A DNA stretch of 30,419 nucleotides. Source: a virus (taxonomy: Duplodnaviria > Caudoviricetes). The notes beneath the pieces are model-generated. The model was given only the letters and a program-made list of their open reading frames with translations, did no database searches and was not told where the DNA came from. The DNA lies in the IMG/VR virus record IMGVR_UViG_3300021356_000106, positions 1 to 30,419 of that record, one strand, 5' to 3'. The first letter of the stretch is position 1, and the number at the start of each line of letters is the position of its first letter. Below are positions 27,212 to 30,419 of the stretch, in pieces. The position numbers and the translations under genes are program-made.

Positions 27212-27240
27212 TTTACAAGCACGTCTAAATATGATATAAT
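27212..27240 (+). promoter_or_regulatory. sigma70-like promoter for the glycosyltransferase operon
   Basis: aaacac-TTTACA-17-TATAAT-ataca, with the same flanks as the gp43 promoter. Confidence 0.85.
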
Positions 27241-27261
27241 ATACACATTAATGGAGAAAAT

Positions 27262-27540
27262 ATGAAATTAGTTAGATTATCATCCGGTGAAGAAATTATC
27301 GGAAATGTAGAAACAAAAACTGGCAGTATTACTATTACTGATGGTTTTAGCCTTATTCCAGCAGGAGAGGGCAAGATTGGGTTTATGCCTTTTATGGCTT
27401 ATACCGAGGCAGATAAGGGAGTTAATATACCAGAAAGATTTGTAATGTTTATGGTAGATCCTAAACCGGACTTGGTACAACAGATTAACAGCATGAAGTC
27501 TGGTCTTGTAGTACCACAGAAACAAGGAATTATTACATAA
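27262..27540 (+). CDS. Small conserved phage protein (Sm-like fold suspected)
   Basis: MKLVRLSSGEEIIG...IGFMPFMAY; SD GGAG. Confidence 0.75.
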   Translation: MKLVRLSSGEEIIGNVETKTGSITITDGFSLIPAGEGKIGFMPFMAYTEADKGVNIPERFVMFMVDPKPDLVQQINSMKSGLVVPQKQGIIT

Positions 27541-28499
27541 TGCAATCACGATATCCAATTTACATTATATCTAAGGGTCGTGCTGATTCAAGGCTTACTG
27601 TAAAGTCATTGGATGACATGGGTGCGATGTATAGAGTTGTTATCGAAGAATCAGAGTATGATGATTATGCTGCAGTAATTAATCCTAACAGATTATTAGT
27701 TTTACCTGAAGGGTTTAGAGAAAATCCAAAATGGGCAAGACGCTGTGAAGATACAGGATTGCTAGGTGGATCCATTCCAGTTCGTAATTGGGTATGGGAA
27801 CATTCCATCAATGAAGGCCATAAACGACATTGGATTCTAGATGATAATATCCATAATTTTTATAGATTACATAATAATAGAAAGACCAAAATGACTACCC
27901 CAACTTGTTTTAGGGTATGTGAAGATTTTACTGACAGATATACTGACGTCAAAATGGCAGGTATGAACTATGCGTTCTTCTGTCCAGCCTCAACCAAGAG
28001 ACCGCCATACTATCATAATACTAGAGTGTATTCTTGTATACTACTTGCAAATGATGTATATGGTGAATTATACTGGCGAGGTAAGTATAACGAAGATACT
28101 GATTTATCACTAAGGGTAATTAAGGGTGGATATCACACTTTCTTGTTCAATCAAATGCTATGTGGAAAAGTTGCCACATTGACTATGAAAGGTGGTAATA
28201 CAAAAGAGGTATATGGTATTGACCAAGTGGGTGGCCAAGATACACGTGCAGGAGAGAACTTTGATCACAGACGAGAGTTTGCAGAGTCACTACATGCACA
28301 ACATCCTGAAGAGGTTAAGATAACCCAAAAATGGGGAAGATGGCATCATCACATTGATTACAGCCAATTTCAACATATAAAACCTACAAAGAAACCAGGT
28401 CTAAATATACCTAAAGGTAATAACGAATATGGTATGAGATTAGTAAAACTAAAATCAGCAGATATAATGACAGAGCAGGAGGAATTAAATGTCGAATAA
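27540..28499 (+). CDS. GT-A fold glycosyltransferase, TET/JBP-associated (TAGT/GREB1-like)
   Basis: YPIYIISKGR, RNWVWEHS, HWILDDNI, RVYSCIL, WRGKYNEDTDLSLRV, MKGGNT. Confidence 0.7.
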   Translation: MQSRYPIYIISKGRADSRLTVKSLDDMGAMYRVVIEESEYDDYAAVINPNRLLVLPEGFRENPKWARRCEDTGLLGGSIPVRNWVWEHSINEGHKRHWILDDNIHNFYRLHNNRKTKMTTPTCFRVCEDFTDRYTDVKMAGMNYAFFCPASTKRPPYYHNTRVYSCILLANDVYGELYWRGKYNEDTDLSLRVIKGGYHTFLFNQMLCGKVATLTMKGGNTKEVYGIDQVGGQDTRAGENFDHRREFAESLHAQHPEEVKITQKWGRWHHHIDYSQFQHIKPTKKPGLNIPKGNNEYGMRLVKLKSADIMTEQEELNVE

Positions 28500-28815
28500 T
28501 AGAGATAAATTTGTTAATTACGAGCCACAAAACTTGTTCGTACTTGATGGCAGTGAAGAAGAAACTACCCCTTATGATTGGGATGGTATGCCTTCTTTCA
28601 ATCAGCCACAAGATGAAGCATACAAGTTAATTAAAGTTCGTTTTAGAAATGAAGAAGATTATCGAGAGTTTGCCGAACTCATTGGTCAACGTAATATGAC
28701 ACCCAAAACCAAAAGTATTTGGTATCCAGTGCTAGATAAAAAGGCACACAGTTTGGATCGTTATATTGATGAGGATCAAATGGATGAAATGGACATTGAT
28801 GAAGTATTAGATTAA
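28489..28815 (+). CDS. Small acidic protein, probable partner of the TAGT-like enzyme
   Basis: WDGMPSFNQ..VRFRNEEDYREFAELIGQ..KTKSIWYP; overlaps both neighbours. Confidence 0.7.
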   Translation: MSNNRDKFVNYEPQNLFVLDGSEEETTPYDWDGMPSFNQPQDEAYKLIKVRFRNEEDYREFAELIGQRNMTPKTKSIWYPVLDKKAHSLDRYIDEDQMDEMDIDEVLD

Positions 28816-29987
28816 TGAAGGTATTTATTTTACCCTATACGTTTAGGTCATTCTTTTCGTATCATAAAAGGGCATCTGGTATTGACCAAGGTGCATTGTG
28901 CCAATTAAGAGCATTACAAAGTGCTGGACATGATGTAAGGTTATATAGTGCGTTTACAGACTTGCACGAACACCTGGATGGAATTGATTATTTCAAAGGT
29001 GAGATACCAGAAGGTATTGATGTAAAGGACTACGAGAAGTCCAAGAGAAGTGCAATTACAAATGATATGATTCGATCCATTAGAGAGTTTAATCCTGATG
29101 TGATATTCTCTAATTACTTGTTCAATCATTACCCATACGAGAAGTTGATGAATTTGGATATTCCTATTGTCTTTTCATCTATGACTAATCCAGGATTCTG
29201 GTCAGACCTAAACTCAGCAGGTCTGATGAATGACTTTTGCGAACAGGGACATACCTTTATTAACTGTTCTGCCTATCACAAATCACGTACCGAAAAATTC
29301 TACCAAAGATGGCCCGAGTATAATGTTCCTATAGAAGGCACTCTGTTTTGCTCATACTCCGAAAGAGAAACTGTACAAGAATCTGATGGTATTATACGAC
29401 ATTGCTCCGCAGCCAATAGTGAAAAATCTACATTCTTTATCCATGAGGCATTTAATGACACTGATATCAAGACAGAAGTATATACCGCCTTTAATTACCT
29501 AAACAAGAACAGCAAGAACGGCAGGTATATCGACAAGAATATGACTCAGTTTAAAGACAATCCCGATCGAGCCATTAGACTTAATATAGACCATGGGGAA
29601 ATGGTTAACGAGATAGGCAAGTCATTGTGCACGTTCGTAGGTCTTGCTACGTATGATACCTTTACTATCACTTCATTGGAATCTCTAAGTAGAGGCGTTC
29701 CTGTATTGGTAAAGAACTATAAGGGCCAACATCCTGCCAAAGAAATGTTACCAGATGATATGAAACAGTTCGTTCATATATTTGAAAATAAGGCAGACAT
29801 GCACGCCAAGGTAAAAGAATGGTCAACACTTACCTTATCCGACAGACAGGCAATTGCAGATGCTGCATACAGCATGACAAGTAAAGATGCCTATACCAAT
29901 AACCTCGTACAAATTTGTACGAACGCCATAACAAAATATAAAAATAATGCAAATAATGGTTTACATTTAAGTCAATTTATGATATAA
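28815..29987 (+). CDS. GT-B fold glycosyltransferase (GT4-like)
   Basis: SGID..LQSAGHDVRL, NPDVIFSN, YDTFTITSLESLSRGVPVLV (a D-for-E variant of the E-x7-E motif). Confidence 0.7.
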   Translation: MKVFILPYTFRSFFSYHKRASGIDQGALCQLRALQSAGHDVRLYSAFTDLHEHLDGIDYFKGEIPEGIDVKDYEKSKRSAITNDMIRSIREFNPDVIFSNYLFNHYPYEKLMNLDIPIVFSSMTNPGFWSDLNSAGLMNDFCEQGHTFINCSAYHKSRTEKFYQRWPEYNVPIEGTLFCSYSERETVQESDGIIRHCSAANSEKSTFFIHEAFNDTDIKTEVYTAFNYLNKNSKNGRYIDKNMTQFKDNPDRAIRLNIDHGEMVNEIGKSLCTFVGLATYDTFTITSLESLSRGVPVLVKNYKGQHPAKEMLPDDMKQFVHIFENKADMHAKVKEWSTLTLSDRQAIADAAYSMTSKDAYTNNLVQICTNAITKYKNNANNGLHLSQFMI

Positions 29988-29990
29988 TAT
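29960..29990 (+). promoter_or_regulatory. Possible sigma70-like promoter for the prim-pol gene
   Basis: TTTACA at 29960 and TATAAT at 29985; the 19-bp spacer is non-optimal. Confidence 0.45.
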
Positions 29991-29995
29991 ACTAT

Positions 29996-30419
29996 ATGAT
30001 ATCGGGTACACTATTTAAATCACTCTATGATACTGCCACGGTCAACAAGATTGACTTCGAGGACTTTTCTCAGTTTGAACAAGTGCTCTATAAATTGGCA
30101 GGTATACCAAGAAAGAACAAGACATCAGCATACTTGATGTCCCCAGCATCCTATCTGGATAAAACCACCCGAAAGAATGATAATGTTACCAAGTGGGGCG
30201 GGTGGTGTGCTGTAGACGTAGATGAATTCGTAGGTGATTTACAAGAATTCTTAAAACATAAATGTGGTAATTATCACTTTGTTTGCTACTCTACAGCATC
30301 TTCTACTAAAGAAACCCCGAAATTTAGATTGGTCTTTCCAGTAAAGAGAGAAATCAAACGAGAAGAAATCAAGCACTTTTGGTTTGCTCTAAATACAGAA
30401 CTAGGAGAGATGGGTGATA
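29996..30419 (+). CDS. AEP-superfamily primase-polymerase-like protein, 3'-truncated at window edge
   Basis: Manual translation MISGTLFKSLYD...SPASY...RKNDNV..WCAVDVD...YSTASSTKETPKFRLVFP. The hhDhD and YST..S..PKFRhhhP motifs are typical of prim-pol domains. Confidence 0.65.
   Translation, partial: MISGTLFKSLYDTATVNKIDFEDFSQFEQVLYKLAGIPRKNKTSAYLMSPASYLDKTTRKNDNVTKWGGWCAVDVDEFVGDLQEFLKHKCGNYHFVCYSTASSTKETPKFRLVFPVKREIKREEIKHFWFALNTELGEMGD

Noticed and set aside
2509-29129. The many minus-strand and nested alternative-frame ORFs in the track (e.g. 2509-2799, 4381-4713, 7750-8073, 15920-16297, 22297-22689, 26385-26792)
   Set aside because: They lie within well-supported + strand genes and show no recognisable motifs; they are typical shadow frames.
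1-30419. tRNAs, rRNA, introns, inteins, homing endonucleases, integrases
   Set aside because: No cloverleaf/T-loop motif was noticed in the intergenic gaps, core genes have normal uninterrupted lengths, and no such protein motifs were recognised by eye (tRNAscan not run).

Overview
This AT-rich window is the core of a T4-like (Tevenvirinae-related, probably uncultured aquatic) myovirus genome, with every credible gene on the + strand. It runs from the late virion module (partial gp17, then gp18, gp19, gp20, gp67, gp68, gp21, gp22, gp23, gp3) into the recombination/replication module (uvsY, uvsW, gp55, gp47, gp46, gp45, gp44, gp62, regA, hsp20, gp43). Accessory genes are interspersed: a KpsC/KpsS-like sugar transferase between uvsY and uvsW; a HEXXH-peptidase/VWA plus MoxR ('CobS') AAA+ pair; a DUF3310-like gene; and, after gp43, a TAGT-like GT-A / small partner / GT-B glycosyltransferase cluster followed by a partial AEP primase-polymerase-like gene. 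T4 late promoters (TATAAATA) and near-consensus sigma70 promoters are clearly visible. The most notable non-coding signals are: a perfect antisense sigma70 promoter with a G-tract upstream of gp55; a 22-bp inverted repeat pair around the VWA gene; one bulged hairpin shared by two late leaders; a ROSE-like thermometer on hsp20; and a 15-bp direct repeat before gp43. Several small ORFs are absent from the ORF track, and some genes appear leaderless. All family calls come from motif and synteny recognition by eye; no database search was run.
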